A DNA stretch of 64,000 nt from Patescibacteria group bacterium (lineage in GTDB: Bacteria; Patescibacteriota; Saccharimonadia; Saccharimonadales; JANWIN01), in contig DATIHJ010000008.1 of the NCBI GenBank assembly GCA_035480855.1, positions 17,308 through 81,307 of the forward strand, given 5' to 3'. A program made the translations under genes and the position numbers. The notes beneath the pieces are model-generated. The model was not told the DNA's origin. It made no database searches and saw only the letters and a program-made list of their open reading frames with translations. Below, in pieces: positions 38,388 through 48,846 of the stretch. The first letter of the stretch is position 1, and each line of letters begins with the position of its first letter.

Positions 38388-39466
38388 TCAAAAACCTCTC
38401 GAGGTTTAATCAGGGCTAGTCCAGAAGCAGTTACGTATAATGAACGTTCAACATTATCTGTGGTTTTTAGATGTGACATGCGAATATGTTGAAACGGATC
38501 GGATGTGCGAACAGGCAGACGCAGAGCATCCGTTAAATATTCATTTAAGCCTGGCATATTCGCTCCACCGCCTAAACTAACTATTTGAGTAATTTTTTTC
38601 TTGGTTCCCGAACGTTCTTCGTAATATCTAATCATTCGCCGGATTTCTTTTAATAGCTGAGAAAGAATCGGTTGCAAGGCTTCATGGATTTCATGCTGTT
38701 TTTTACTCTGATCAATTCCATATTTAGTCTTTATAACTAAAGCCTCTGAATAAGATACATGCAGTTTTTGAGCAATATTAGCAGTAAAATTATCTCCGCC
38801 ACCAGCAACTGTACCGGTCACTATTGGAGAACCGTCAAAAACTGTAATATCTGAGGAAATGGAACCAAAATCAATTAAGACTGTAGGAGTATCACTATCA
38901 TCTGTGTGAGTAAATAAGCGTGAAACCGCACTGGTAGTAGTTTCCATTGCGACTACCTCAAGACCAAGTAACTGGCTAAGTTTAATGTATGAATCAATCA
39001 CTGTTTTGGGTACGGATACAGTAAATAGTTCCATTTCTTTATCATTGCTGCTGGTTATGTCGAAGTCGCTATATAGATTATCAATCGGTACAGGAATGTA
39101 CTGTTCTGTAGCTGTTCGAATTGCATCTGCAAGTTCCTTATTACTAAGCTTAGGTAGTTTTATTAAGCGACTAAAAGTTCTTGTGGCGGGGATACCCATA
39201 ATTACTCGACGAGTGGTAATTTCACCCTGAACTTGGTTTTTAAACACGTTTTGTATAGATGCTGCCAAAGTTTCTGGGTCAATTATTACGCCGTCTTTTA
39301 TCGTCTTTGGGTCAAAATCACCAACTCCGTAAGCAAGCGTGACTGGTTTGTTATTTTCCCAACCAATTTGCATGACTTTAACCGAGCGAAATCCAATGTC
39401 TAGCCCAAAAACTGGTTTATCATGGTAAAAAAATGCTGAAGTATTCATGCCCACCTCACCAAGCAT
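38384..39466 (-). CDS. pilM: type IV pilus assembly ATPase-like protein PilM
   Basis: Actin-like/FtsA-like fold (GLDIGFRSVKV, DFGSISSDITVF), 360 aa, precedes pilN. Confidence 0.75.
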   Translation of the reverse strand: MLGEVGMNTSAFFYHDKPVFGLDIGFRSVKVMQIGWENNKPVTLAYGVGDFDPKTIKDGVIIDPETLAASIQNVFKNQVQGEITTRRVIMGIPATRTFSRLIKLPKLSNKELADAIRTATEQYIPVPIDNLYSDFDITSSNDKEMELFTVSVPKTVIDSYIKLSQLLGLEVVAMETTTSAVSRLFTHTDDSDTPTVLIDFGSISSDITVFDGSPIVTGTVAGGGDNFTANIAQKLHVSYSEALVIKTKYGIDQSKKQHEIHEALQPILSQLLKEIRRMIRYYEERSGTKKKITQIVSLGGGANMPGLNEYLTDALRLPVRTSDPFQHIRMSHLKTTDNVERSLYVTASGLALIKPREVFE

Positions 39467-39509
39467 AACTGATTATGACAATATAGCATATTCATGGTTT
39501 ACTCATCCG

Positions 39510-40946
39510 CTACAAGCGGTGATAATCACTCGCTCGCCAAGCTAAGTCGACTGGTATTTGATTAGTTGGAAAAACGGGGTCTAGTTTAAGGTCAAATGGA
39601 GTACCCGGGTTTGTGGCAATGTATATGTTTTTACCAGACACACCGCCAAGGGCGGGGCTGGCTGACCATTTAGTTTTATCCAGGCAAATTCCATTAGTTG
39701 CTAACAAATACACGGCGGGTGCATTAGAGGTTCCGTTATTTCCAAGATAAATTGATCCACCATATGGACAAACTCCCGTCTTGGAGGCCGGATCTGTTCC
39801 GTAAGCAATAAATACAATCGGACTGCTCCCAGGAGTGCTCTGTATACTATCAAAATTGATGGTTCCTTCTACAAATACGAATTTTAAACTGCCGCTTGTA
39901 TTATTGAATGTAGGTGTACAAGCAGTTGCTGCGCATAGATTAGCGCGTAAGTGCACATTATCGGTTATGTTGTACTGACCAGTCGCCAAAGATAAATCAC
40001 CCATATTTCCGCAGCTAGTGCTAATGTTACTGCCACTATCTGGATAATGAGATTTCTTAGAATTGCCAGGTCCAGGAATATTGCGAGGAAATGCACCAGT
40101 CGTCCAATCATTACAATTGTTAGCGTTGGTATATGAAGCATCCATATATTGTGACCAAGGAATATAAGTTGACTGTATGGTCGAAATTGAACCTTGGTTA
40201 GCAGTAACATTGAAGCTTGCATTACTAGAATTTCCGGGAGGGTTGATGCAGTTATTGAAAGCCATGTTTATATTAGTTTTGGTTTGGGTCGGATCGGTAA
40301 AAGAGGCAGGCTTGACTAAATTACCAGGACCGCCAATAGAACAATTTGAAGCGCCAGTGTTTTTACCAGCAACTGTTATATTTTCTGCCACAATATTGGT
40401 GGTATTTTTGTTTGTATTAATATAGCCATTTACATAAATGTCTTTGGCAAAAAGATTTTTTACTCCACTTTGAAGTTCGAGTATGTTGCGACTCACTACA
40501 GATGAGGATGTAGTAGTTGATGTTCGAACAGCAGTTATGCCTATAGTGCGGCTATAATTGGCTTGACTTGAGTTTGCTGGAACATAAACCCTGCCAGTCG
40601 CAGTCACAATTTTTTGTTTATCATTTGACCCTGCCGCCACAGTTACGGTGTATGTTGATTTATATAAGTTGTTTTTTAATAGCTGTATCTGTGTACCACC
40701 AGTACCGGTATAAGTATTATTACCACCATTTAGGGTAGCAATTGCTGCATCAGCACCAGATTCAGCAGCGTATTGGGCCTGTAATAGCATTACACGCCCG
40801 CGTGCGCGGCTTAGGTTGGAGTTTGCCAGGACAGCAAGAGCGGATATTACAGTTGTTAAAAATAGAGTTACCACAAGTATAGATACAATTATTGAGCCGC
40901 TTTGTTGCCTAGTAGATGATGTACGGTGACTAAATAACAAGTTCAT
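39510..40946 (-). CDS. PilX-like pilus-associated protein (N-terminal anchor, large Asn/Thr/Ser-rich extracellular domain)
   Basis: N-terminus QQSGSIIVSILVVTLFLTTVISALAVLANSNLSRARG resembles the PilX_N domain; 478 aa. Confidence 0.45.
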   Translation of the reverse strand: MNLLFSHRTSSTRQQSGSIIVSILVVTLFLTTVISALAVLANSNLSRARGRVMLLQAQYAAESGADAAIATLNGGNNTYTGTGGTQIQLLKNNLYKSTYTVTVAAGSNDKQKIVTATGRVYVPANSSQANYSRTIGITAVRTSTTTSSSVVSRNILELQSGVKNLFAKDIYVNGYINTNKNTTNIVAENITVAGKNTGASNCSIGGPGNLVKPASFTDPTQTKTNINMAFNNCINPPGNSSNASFNVTANQGSISTIQSTYIPWSQYMDASYTNANNCNDWTTGAFPRNIPGPGNSKKSHYPDSGSNISTSCGNMGDLSLATGQYNITDNVHLRANLCAATACTPTFNNTSGSLKFVFVEGTINFDSIQSTPGSSPIVFIAYGTDPASKTGVCPYGGSIYLGNNGTSNAPAVYLLATNGICLDKTKWSASPALGGVSGKNIYIATNPGTPFDLKLDPVFPTNQIPVDLAWRASDYHRL

Positions 40947-40947
40947 C

Positions 40948-41724
40948 TTAGGTATTCCTTAGTGCAATTCGGATAATTGTATTATTTACTGTCGCGTTTG
41001 TTTTTTGAAAGACTGGTTTGGTCGTAAGGTTCAGGGTTAGTTCAAGCACATCAACTGCTGCAAAATCTGGACCTGCATAGCCATTTATATTTGGGTCCCA
41101 AATTGATTGAAAGTTAACCAGGTTACCGGTTCTGGAGAAATAGCGGGTATCAACAGATGCAATGAAGCTAGATATTACCTTATCAGCTGGACAGGTTGAC
41201 GTTGCAAGATTGGGTGGGCAAGTTGTTTTTAAGCGATCCCCACTAGCATTTGGATTTGCCAATGTTCGTGCTAACAATTGTTTTGTCGATCCATTTAGAT
41301 AAAATACATATTCATCATCGTAATGTTGGTTACCGTTCATTATAAAAGCACCTGTGTTATCTTGGCTGTAACGTCTAAAATATAACAACGGTGTAGTCGT
41401 ACCTGGACTTCCAACGGGAGTGTTTCCCGGCACAGCATGAATCGGAATCCAATAATTGCCAGAACCATTTGCTGGATCGACATTTTCAGTATTTGCATCG
41501 GGGATACTGTTTTGATTAATCAAACCAGAAGATTCTCCAACGGTATTACGAATATAATCCTCAGCATTTAAGCGGGAAACAAATGTATCTAGGTCAGCTT
41601 CCATAAGGTAGCCGCTAGTCCAGAAATTGAACATAAAAAACATAATTACGGTTACAAAAATGCCCGTAACAATTATTACGCTCATGAGTTCTACGAGTGT
41701 GAAGCCGTTTTCGTTACTTTTCAT
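40948..41724 (-). CDS. type IV minor pilin (prepilin-type N-terminal cleavage/methylation domain)
   Basis: N-terminus NGFTLVELMSVIIVTGIFV, i.e. G/FTLVE prepilin peptidase site plus a hydrophobic helix. Confidence 0.55.
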   Translation of the reverse strand: MKSNENGFTLVELMSVIIVTGIFVTVIMFFMFNFWTSGYLMEADLDTFVSRLNAEDYIRNTVGESSGLINQNSIPDANTENVDPANGSGNYWIPIHAVPGNTPVGSPGTTTPLLYFRRYSQDNTGAFIMNGNQHYDDEYVFYLNGSTKQLLARTLANPNASGDRLKTTCPPNLATSTCPADKVISSFIASVDTRYFSRTGNLVNFQSIWDPNINGYAGPDFAAVDVLELTLNLTTKPVFQKTNATVNNTIIRIALRNT

Positions 41725-42173
41725 TGCTGTGCGATTCCGTTTCTGGTAATTAGTAAACGTAATTCCAGGGGTGGGGCGGTGCTTTTTTGGTAAGCCACAC
41801 TTATATCAATTACTTTGGAATCAGGAATGGACTGTAAGGGATCGGAACCCGGCAACGATGCAGTTTGAGTAACTGTTAAATTTGGCGAATATGTAAATGT
41901 GTTACCACTACCACCTTCTGCTGCGAAGGTATTATTTGGGTAACAATTGGCTGAACTGGTTATATCGTCATATACAAGTGCACGGTCAATTTCTGGGCAG
42001 GCACTTAGTACGGCATAGATTTCGTTAAGTTGTTTGGCGACAGTATATGAGCGCCGCACGCTATCAAATGCATTTGCAATGCCAATAACAATAAAAGCGA
42101 ATATTGCGATTGCCAACAATAATTCAACAGAAGTAAAGCCTTTTTGTCTTAGATATGCTCTAGGATGTAACAT
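41721..42173 (-). CDS. type IV minor pilin (prepilin-type N-terminus)
   Basis: KGFTSVELLLAIAIFAFIVIG class III signal. Confidence 0.55.
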   Translation of the reverse strand: MLHPRAYLRQKGFTSVELLLAIAIFAFIVIGIANAFDSVRRSYTVAKQLNEIYAVLSACPEIDRALVYDDITSSANCYPNNTFAAEGGSGNTFTYSPNLTVTQTASLPGSDPLQSIPDSKVIDISVAYQKSTAPPLELRLLITRNGIAQQ

Positions 42174-42190
42174 GCTAGTGGTTATTATAC

Positions 42191-42218
42191 AAAAAACCGG
42201 ACGCTTATGGTCCGGTTT
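42191..42218 (-). terminator. intrinsic terminator/attenuator downstream of the major pilin gene
   Basis: Minus strand reads ACCGGAC-CATAAGC-GTCCGGT followed by TTTTTTGTAT. Confidence 0.5.
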
Positions 42219-42243
42219 AATGCGATTACTTGATTTACCTATA

Positions 42244-42699
42244 TTAGTTCAAGTTGCTCTTGGCAAATGTTCCACCAGCTTCCAGCGTTGCTGTTAGCGT
42301 GTAGACTGCACAATCTGTGGCTGTATTGTCACAGGTAGTTGTGCCATCAGATGCCCGTACGTGATATGCGTAAGCATCGGCAACAGGTGCGTCAACCAAA
42401 GCGTAGGTTGCTTCTTTAGGATCACGCAAAGCTTCTTTGTCGAGTCCTTTCATGTTGGTTCCACGCCAAGTATCGTCGTTCATGTTGGCAAGAGTGGGGT
42501 ATTTGCCGTTTTGGGCAAAGTACGCCTCCACCTGGCCTTGCATGGCCTTGATGTCAGTTGTGCGCTCGGTATCACGCGCTTTTTGTTGAATACCGGTGAA
42601 CGTTGTTATTACTAACGCTGCGAGAATGCCAATTACGACAATCACGATCAAAAGTTCCACTATGGTGAAACCCTCTGTTTTTCGTCTAAGTGAGACCAT
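42244..42699 (-). CDS. pilA: type IVa major pilin PilA
   Basis: EGFTIVELLIVIVVIGILAALVITTF prepilin N-terminus, about 150 aa, strong AAGGAGGG Shine-Dalgarno, followed by a terminator. Confidence 0.7.
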   Translation of the reverse strand: MVSLRRKTEGFTIVELLIVIVVIGILAALVITTFTGIQQKARDTERTTDIKAMQGQVEAYFAQNGKYPTLANMNDDTWRGTNMKGLDKEALRDPKEATYALVDAPVADAYAYHVRASDGTTTCDNTATDCAVYTLTATLEAGGTFAKSNLN

Positions 42700-42832
42700 A
42701 GGTGCCCACCCTCCTTGTTATTATTTTGTTTAAGATCCCCCAACGGAGTTGGAGAGTATCTGCTACAGATTATAACCATAACCGTCATTCGGTCAAGAGT
42801 TTTTACCCATATTTCTCCCCGGCACACAAGGC

Positions 42833-43735
42833 CTATGAAAGGAAAAACTTGGTAGTACTGGTTGTAATGTCGCGAAGTATTTGTGTACGTACCGTTAAAT
42901 CGTAGGTACCGTGGCCGTTAGTAAAGATTACTAAAACATATGGGCGCAAACCATTATCTACTATGGCTGCATCATGTACCCGGTCATCTAGTAAACCGGC
43001 TTTATGGTAAACTTTTATGCCAGCCGGTATAGACGAGGGAATATAGTCGGCTTCGTTGGCATGGTTCATATAACCAAGCAATAACTGGGTGTGAGAATGG
43101 TTAAGTAAGCTGCCTTTATATAGCTTTTGAAGCAATAGAGCGATATCATTTGATGTCATGGTATTGCCGTCTGCGTTGTAGCTGCTCATACCCACTTGAG
43201 TGGCGAAGTCGCTCATGGCAGGTAGCCCAATATCATCACTTAGAGCCTGCCATGCATCGTTATCGCTGTTGACTATCATTTGCTCAAGCAAATTTTGGGC
43301 ACTACTATCGCCAATCTGGTCGTTCAAACTCACCTGGCTTGTTTCTACCAGGTGCAAAAAGGTTGTAGCCGTAATGAGTTTGCCGACACTTGCAGCCTCA
43401 AACGGATTATTAATACCATATTGGTAACTCGTGCCTGAGTTAATATCAATAATGCTAGCCGATATATCCACATCTGGGTTAGCTCTTATGATGGCCTGAA
43501 TTTGGCTATCCATCTGAGCAGCAGTGATAGCAGGCTTAACTGCAGCTATTTTAGTGGTTGCTCTAGTTGGTGCAGAGTGAGCATGCGGCCGCCACCCTAA
43601 GTAATAAATCAAAAATCCAACTGCTAGTAAGACTAATAACCACCGCTTTTTGGCGTGCCTTTTTGGCGCAGGTGACTGATGCCCGGCTTGAACAGAGGAG
43701 TAATATTGCTGGTAACGTTGATCAGGTTTAGCCAT
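42833..43735 (-). CDS. membrane-anchored class A beta-lactamase-like serine hydrolase
   Basis: SxxK (ASVGK), SDN (NSDND) and KAG (HKAGLLDD) motifs in the order found in class A beta-lactamases/PBP-like proteins; N-terminal transmembrane helix. Confidence 0.5.
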   Translation of the reverse strand: MAKPDQRYQQYYSSVQAGHQSPAPKRHAKKRWLLVLLAVGFLIYYLGWRPHAHSAPTRATTKIAAVKPAITAAQMDSQIQAIIRANPDVDISASIIDINSGTSYQYGINNPFEAASVGKLITATTFLHLVETSQVSLNDQIGDSSAQNLLEQMIVNSDNDAWQALSDDIGLPAMSDFATQVGMSSYNADGNTMTSNDIALLLQKLYKGSLLNHSHTQLLLGYMNHANEADYIPSSIPAGIKVYHKAGLLDDRVHDAAIVDNGLRPYVLVIFTNGHGTYDLTVRTQILRDITTSTTKFFLS

Positions 43736-43806
43736 GTAAATAGGTGCTATCTATCGGAGAATAATTATAGCAATAAGAAATGATAAACCCCTGAAACTAA
43801 CGAATA

Positions 43807-44121
43807 CTAGGAGTCAGAAGTAAGCTGATACTCCATATACCTATTAAGGGGTGGGCTATCAGACTGTGTAGCTGGAGAAAGTGAATCTGATATTTTTTCT
43901 GCAAATAAACCTCTATAGTCTGCTTGGAATATGATGTGTCCAGCTTGCTTAAAAACCTCCGTGCGCACCTGCATATAGTGCGTAGGATTTTGTTCCATCC
44001 ATTTTCTAAGACCACCGTTTGGATTGTCAGGATCAATATAAATATCGGGTACATGATCTCGCATATCTGCAGTGAAACCAGTAGGCGAAAAATCTTTATT
44101 ACCCTTAGCTTCTATACCCAT
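43807..44121 (-). CDS. hypothetical protein
   Basis: 104-aa ORF between pilC and the beta-lactamase-like gene; no motif. Confidence 0.3.
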   Translation of the reverse strand: MGIEAKGNKDFSPTGFTADMRDHVPDIYIDPDNPNGGLRKWMEQNPTHYMQVRTEVFKQAGHIIFQADYRGLFAEKISDSLSPATQSDSPPLNRYMEYQLTSDS

Positions 44122-44184
44122 AGTTTTATAGTCTAATACTCAATACCCGTGCTTGTAAATAAATTAGTAAAAACGACAATAGAT

Positions 44185-45408
44185 CTAATTGTTGCCGATG
44201 TTTTTGCTCAGACTGGCTATGGGACCCATGACACTGGCGGCAATCAAGCCCACAATGCTACCAAGTACAATAATCATGAGGGGCTCAATAATGGAACTAA
44301 GTGAGTCCACGGTGGTCTCTACTTCTTCTTCATAAAAGTCTGCAACTTTAACTAGCACCGTATCAATTTTGCCAGTTTCTTCTCCCACGGCTAACATTTG
44401 GCTAACTATCATTGGGAAGTGCTTGCTTTTACTTAGTGACTCTGATAATTGCTTGCCGTTTTTGACCTCTTTGGCGGCCGCTGCCAGCTCTTCCTCAATT
44501 ACTTTGTTACCCATTGCACGTCCAGTTACATCTAGGGCACTCAGCACATCTACACCAGCTGACATGAGTGAGGCAAAAGTGCGTGAAAAACGGGCAATTG
44601 CCACCTTAATGATAATAGTTTTGACCACGGGAGTTCTGAGCAAAAATTTGTGGAACTGATATTTACCTTTTGGTGACTTTATGTAGCGGCGTACTACAAA
44701 AATCACAACAACGACAGCCACAATAACAAAGAAAGCATTGTTTTGCATAAAGGTGCTTATAGACAGTAATATTCGGGTATATATGGGCAGCTGAGCTTTT
44801 GGTCCACCTAAATCTTTTAAAATGTGAGAAATTTTAGGGATGATAAAAATCATAATGCCAAAAAACGCAAAAATCGTAATGGTCAGAATAACAATTGGGT
44901 ACATCATGGCACCCTTAATCTTTTTGCGGATTGAAGCGTCTTGTTCTACTTGGGAGGCAAGGCGTTTAAGAATTTCATCCAAAATTCCACCAGACTCACC
45001 GGCCCTGACCATATTGACGTATACATCGGAAAAAATATTTGGGTATTTAGCAAAAGCGTCTGCTAGCGGCAGCCCACTCTCAACATCCTTGCTAATACTA
45101 GTAACTACACCGCGGAAATACTTATTTTCGCTCTGGGACTGAAGGGTAGACAGTGAGCGTACTATCGGCACGCCGGCGGATATCATGGTAGATAACTGAC
45201 GAGTAAATATAACTAGATCCTTGAGCTTAACTTTCTTGGGAAGCTTGAGCTTGCTGGCTAGTCCTTTTTTGCCACTGTCGGCCTTGATAATAATAGGCCT
45301 AAGGCCTTGCTTGCTGAGAGTTGTATTAAGGACTTCCTTGCTAGGGGCATCACTGGTGCCGGTAACGGTTTTGTCGTCTTTGCTTATAGCGGTATATGTA
45401 AATAGCAT
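44185..45408 (-). CDS. pilC: type IV pilus platform protein PilC (GspF family)
   Basis: Two GspF repeats, three transmembrane segments, 407 aa. Confidence 0.85.
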   Translation of the reverse strand: MLFTYTAISKDDKTVTGTSDAPSKEVLNTTLSKQGLRPIIIKADSGKKGLASKLKLPKKVKLKDLVIFTRQLSTMISAGVPIVRSLSTLQSQSENKYFRGVVTSISKDVESGLPLADAFAKYPNIFSDVYVNMVRAGESGGILDEILKRLASQVEQDASIRKKIKGAMMYPIVILTITIFAFFGIMIFIIPKISHILKDLGGPKAQLPIYTRILLSISTFMQNNAFFVIVAVVVVIFVVRRYIKSPKGKYQFHKFLLRTPVVKTIIIKVAIARFSRTFASLMSAGVDVLSALDVTGRAMGNKVIEEELAAAAKEVKNGKQLSESLSKSKHFPMIVSQMLAVGEETGKIDTVLVKVADFYEEEVETTVDSLSSIIEPLMIIVLGSIVGLIAASVMGPIASLSKNIGNN

Positions 45409-45411
45409 AGT

Positions 45412-47223
45412 TTATTTTTCTGACGTTACACGCAGAATTTCTTCTACTGACGTCTGCCCACGAAGGGCCTTAACTAGCCCATCAATCTGCATAGTTATCA
45501 TACCGGCTTTTATAGCTTCATTCTGCAGGCCATCACTTGTTGCGCTGGTTACAATTAATTTTTGGATTCCGGACGAGCTATCTAAAACTTCATAAATTCC
45601 TAGCCGGCCCTTGTAGCCGCTGTGTCCACAATGTTCGCAGCCTTGCTCGTGAGCTTTCCATAGGCGAGTAATTTGTGTATCGGTTGTGCTTAGTTCAGCC
45701 GGCGAACTAGTGTTAATTTTTGAGACATTTATTTGACCAATGCCTGCCGCTAAAGCCTGGCCCTCAAGTCCGTGAAGTTGCTTCATAACAGCTTGATCAT
45801 CTATCCCAAATGACTCTGTTAATTCGCTCATCACGGCTTGATCTGGTACGTATGATTCCCGACAATCAACACATAATTTACGTACAAGTCTCTGGCCCAC
45901 TACGGCCCGCACAGTCGAGGCAATCAAAAATGGCTCTATACCCATATCTAGCAGCCGGGGCAAAGACGTGGCAGCATTATTGGTGTGCAGGGTAGAGAAA
46001 ACTAAGTGACCTGTCAGTGCAGCTTGCACCCCTAAGTTGGCAGTTTCACTGTCACGAATCTCGCCAACCATTATTATGTTTGGGTCCTGGCGAAGTAGAG
46101 CGCGCAGGCCATTTACAAATGTCATGCCGGCCACAGGGTTCACCTGGGTTTGATTGGTGCCCGGTATTCGGTACTCCACAGGATCTTCGACAGTTGAAAT
46201 ATTAACAGCAGGATTATTAAGCATACTAAGTACGCTAAATAAAGTAGTAGATTTTCCTGAGCCGGTAGGGCCTGTTACCAGAATCAGCCCGTGTGGCTGA
46301 GTAATGGCGTGGTTAATGTTCTGCAAAGATATTCCCCAAAAGCCAAGTTCCTGCAACGAAGCGGCCTTTGCGGATTCGTTTAAGATACGCATTACAACTT
46401 TTTCGCCGTCAACAATTGGCAGTGTTGACACCCTAATCGCAAACAGCTGATTGCTAACCTCTGCCTTAAAACGACCATCCTGTGGCGCACGTCGCTCATC
46501 AATCTTGAGGTTTGACAATATTTTGATGCGTGAGGTCAGGGCACTTAACACCTTTTTGGGCAGTTTGTTAGCTTCACGCAAAATCCCATCCACCCGGTAG
46601 CGTACCAATACATAGGTTTCGCGCGGCTCTATATGGATATCACTGGCATTGGCTTTAACAGCGTACTCGATGATGAGATTAACGGTTTGGGCAATCGGCG
46701 AGTCTTCAGCCAGGTCTTCTTCGCTAACTTCTTCTTCCTCATCTTCGGCCGTGGCATCTGGAGAAATTACTTTGGTTAGCTCGCTGCTTATGTTGCCCCG
46801 GTATTGGTCCAGTGCTGTTTGGATAGTTGACTCAGTGGCCAGATGAACCTTTAGATCGGTGCCAAGCTGCTTTTGCAAAAAGTTAATGGCCTGGATGTCG
46901 TCTGGGTCTTCCATGGCCAGCAACTTGCTGCCGTCCTCGGCCACATCAAATACTACTGCCTTGTACTGTCTGGCAATCCGCTCCGGTATAAGCCTAAGCA
47001 CATCACGCTTAATGTCCCGAGCACTTAGTTCGGCATAAGGTACATCAATCTCTTTGGCATATAGGCGGGTTAGGTCCTTTTCAGAAATCAGGTTGGCTTT
47101 GAGCACAAGGTCTTGCAAAGGTTTCTTCTCTGTATTGGCCTGGGCATGCAACGCATTTAACTGAGCGTCACTTATTCCGTGCACATGTACAAGCTTTTCC
47201 ACCAAAGCATCAGATATACGCAT
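45412..47223 (-). CDS. pilB: type IV pilus assembly ATPase PilB (GspE family)
   Basis: N-terminal GSPII_E_N domain, Walker A GPTGSGKST, tetracysteine motif (CVDCRESYV...CEHCGHSGYKGR), 603 aa. Confidence 0.85.
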   Translation of the reverse strand: MRISDALVEKLVHVHGISDAQLNALHAQANTEKKPLQDLVLKANLISEKDLTRLYAKEIDVPYAELSARDIKRDVLRLIPERIARQYKAVVFDVAEDGSKLLAMEDPDDIQAINFLQKQLGTDLKVHLATESTIQTALDQYRGNISSELTKVISPDATAEDEEEEVSEEDLAEDSPIAQTVNLIIEYAVKANASDIHIEPRETYVLVRYRVDGILREANKLPKKVLSALTSRIKILSNLKIDERRAPQDGRFKAEVSNQLFAIRVSTLPIVDGEKVVMRILNESAKAASLQELGFWGISLQNINHAITQPHGLILVTGPTGSGKSTTLFSVLSMLNNPAVNISTVEDPVEYRIPGTNQTQVNPVAGMTFVNGLRALLRQDPNIIMVGEIRDSETANLGVQAALTGHLVFSTLHTNNAATSLPRLLDMGIEPFLIASTVRAVVGQRLVRKLCVDCRESYVPDQAVMSELTESFGIDDQAVMKQLHGLEGQALAAGIGQINVSKINTSSPAELSTTDTQITRLWKAHEQGCEHCGHSGYKGRLGIYEVLDSSSGIQKLIVTSATSDGLQNEAIKAGMITMQIDGLVKALRGQTSVEEILRVTSEK

Positions 47224-47400
47224 AATGTTTGTGCTTATTATATAAGACCTGGCACCGTATAAGAAGAGTCAGTATTTATCAGCTTGTATACTCAGCCTTT
47301 TACCCTTTTGCTATACTATTTATAACGACTGGTGAGGGGTTGCAAACTAATATATCTACAGTGGCAGCCAAAGGGCACACTAGTGGACAAGGAGGGCAGC

Positions 47401-48408
47401 ATGGCTGAAGACAAAACCGCAACCGAGGGCAAAAACAAAGCTCTAGGGCTGGCGCTTGACCAAATTGAAAAGCAGTTTGGTAAGGGCTCTATTATGAAAT
47501 TGGGTGAAGGCAGCAAAGCCAACGTAGAAACTATTTCAACTGGTAGTTTATCTTTAGATATTGCACTTGGCGGTGGCATACCAAAAGGTCGCGTAATTGA
47601 AATTTATGGCCCAGAAAGTTCAGGTAAAACCACACTAAGCCTGCACGCAATTGCAGAAGTACAGCGTAATGGCGGTACAGCGGCGTTTATTGATGCCGAA
47701 CACGCCCTTGACCCCAGCTATGCCAAGCGCATTGGTGTGGACGTAGAAAACCTTTTGCTTTCCCAGCCGGATAACGGCGAGCAGGCGCTAGAAATTACCG
47801 AAACGCTAGTACGAAGCAATGCCGTAGATATCATAGTCGTGGATTCCGTTGCGGCTCTAGTACCACGGGCAGAGATTGAGGGCGATATGGGTGATTCACA
47901 CATGGGCTTGCAAGCACGGCTCATGAGCCAAGCCTTACGCAAGCTTACTGGCGTAATATCTCGCTCCAAAGCCACGGTTATATTCATCAACCAAATTCGA
48001 ATGAAGATTGGTGTAATGTTTGGCAATCCAGAAACCACCACTGGTGGAAACGCACTAAAATTCTACGCCAGCGTACGTATGGACATTCGCCGGATTGCCC
48101 AGATTAAACAGGGTGAGGAGATTATTGGCAACCGCACTCGAGTAAAAGTGGTAAAAAACAAGGTTGCACCACCATTCCGCCAAGCTGAGTTCGACATAAT
48201 GTACAACGAGGGCATAAGTAGGCCTGGCGATGTACTAGATCTGGCTGTAGAGAAAGAGATTGTAGAAAAGTCAGGCGCCTGGTTTGCCTACAAAGGCGAA
48301 AAGATTGCTCAAGGCCGTGAAGGCGCAAAGAAGTATTTGGCGGCAAACCCTAAAGTTATGGAAGAACTAGCTAAACTAGTAACTAAAGCCGCCGAAAAAG
48401 AGGAATAA
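47401..48408 (+). CDS. recA: recombinase RecA
   Basis: GPESSGKTT Walker A and the L1/L2 loop regions; AAGGAGGG Shine-Dalgarno 6 nt before the ATG at 47401; the track ORF extends further 5' without support. Confidence 0.95.
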   Translation: MAEDKTATEGKNKALGLALDQIEKQFGKGSIMKLGEGSKANVETISTGSLSLDIALGGGIPKGRVIEIYGPESSGKTTLSLHAIAEVQRNGGTAAFIDAEHALDPSYAKRIGVDVENLLLSQPDNGEQALEITETLVRSNAVDIIVVDSVAALVPRAEIEGDMGDSHMGLQARLMSQALRKLTGVISRSKATVIFINQIRMKIGVMFGNPETTTGGNALKFYASVRMDIRRIAQIKQGEEIIGNRTRVKVVKNKVAPPFRQAEFDIMYNEGISRPGDVLDLAVEKEIVEKSGAWFAYKGEKIAQGREGAKKYLAANPKVMEELAKLVTKAAEKEE

Positions 48409-48410
48409 AC

Positions 48411-48755
48411 CTACCTCTGTAAGTGCAAAACTGCAGAATCAACAGCGTCGGTACTAGTTTGTTCGAGATCTTCAATCTCAAAGAGATTAATTAATCCCTC
48501 TGCTTCTGAAATCAAGATACGTTCTGCGACCTCATCTATCGGGATTGTAGAGTCATATTCCCTGCGGCGAGCACCTCTACCTACCAAATATTCGCATACT
48601 GCACTAGTATTTACTTCATTTAAAGTGTGTGAGCCCTTAGGGCACAAAAAACTATAAGATAAAGCTACAACTCTAGCAGTATCATCATGAACCGTCATAT
48701 CGCTTTCGGCCACTTCAATACCAGTTTTGTCTACATGACAATAAAAATTTCGCAT
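48411..48755 (-). CDS. hypothetical protein
   Basis: 114-aa ORF convergent with recA; no motif. Confidence 0.35.
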   Translation of the reverse strand: MRNFYCHVDKTGIEVAESDMTVHDDTARVVALSYSFLCPKGSHTLNEVNTSAVCEYLVGRGARRREYDSTIPIDEVAERILISEAEGLINLFEIEDLEQTSTDAVDSAVLHLQR

Positions 48756-48846
48756 AACAAATACTTTCCTTAATAGCTATTTTAACATAAGAACTACATA
48801 AAATCAATTTTATGTTTTGCATATAAGAGGTTAATATAAACCTACA

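Noticed and set aside
47332-47400. 5' extensions of the track ORFs for recA, and likewise for dnaJ (20674), rny (51573) and recX (49343)
   Set aside because: In each case the conserved protein N-terminus begins at a downstream ATG preceded by a good Shine-Dalgarno sequence. The extensions overlap upstream genes or lack support.
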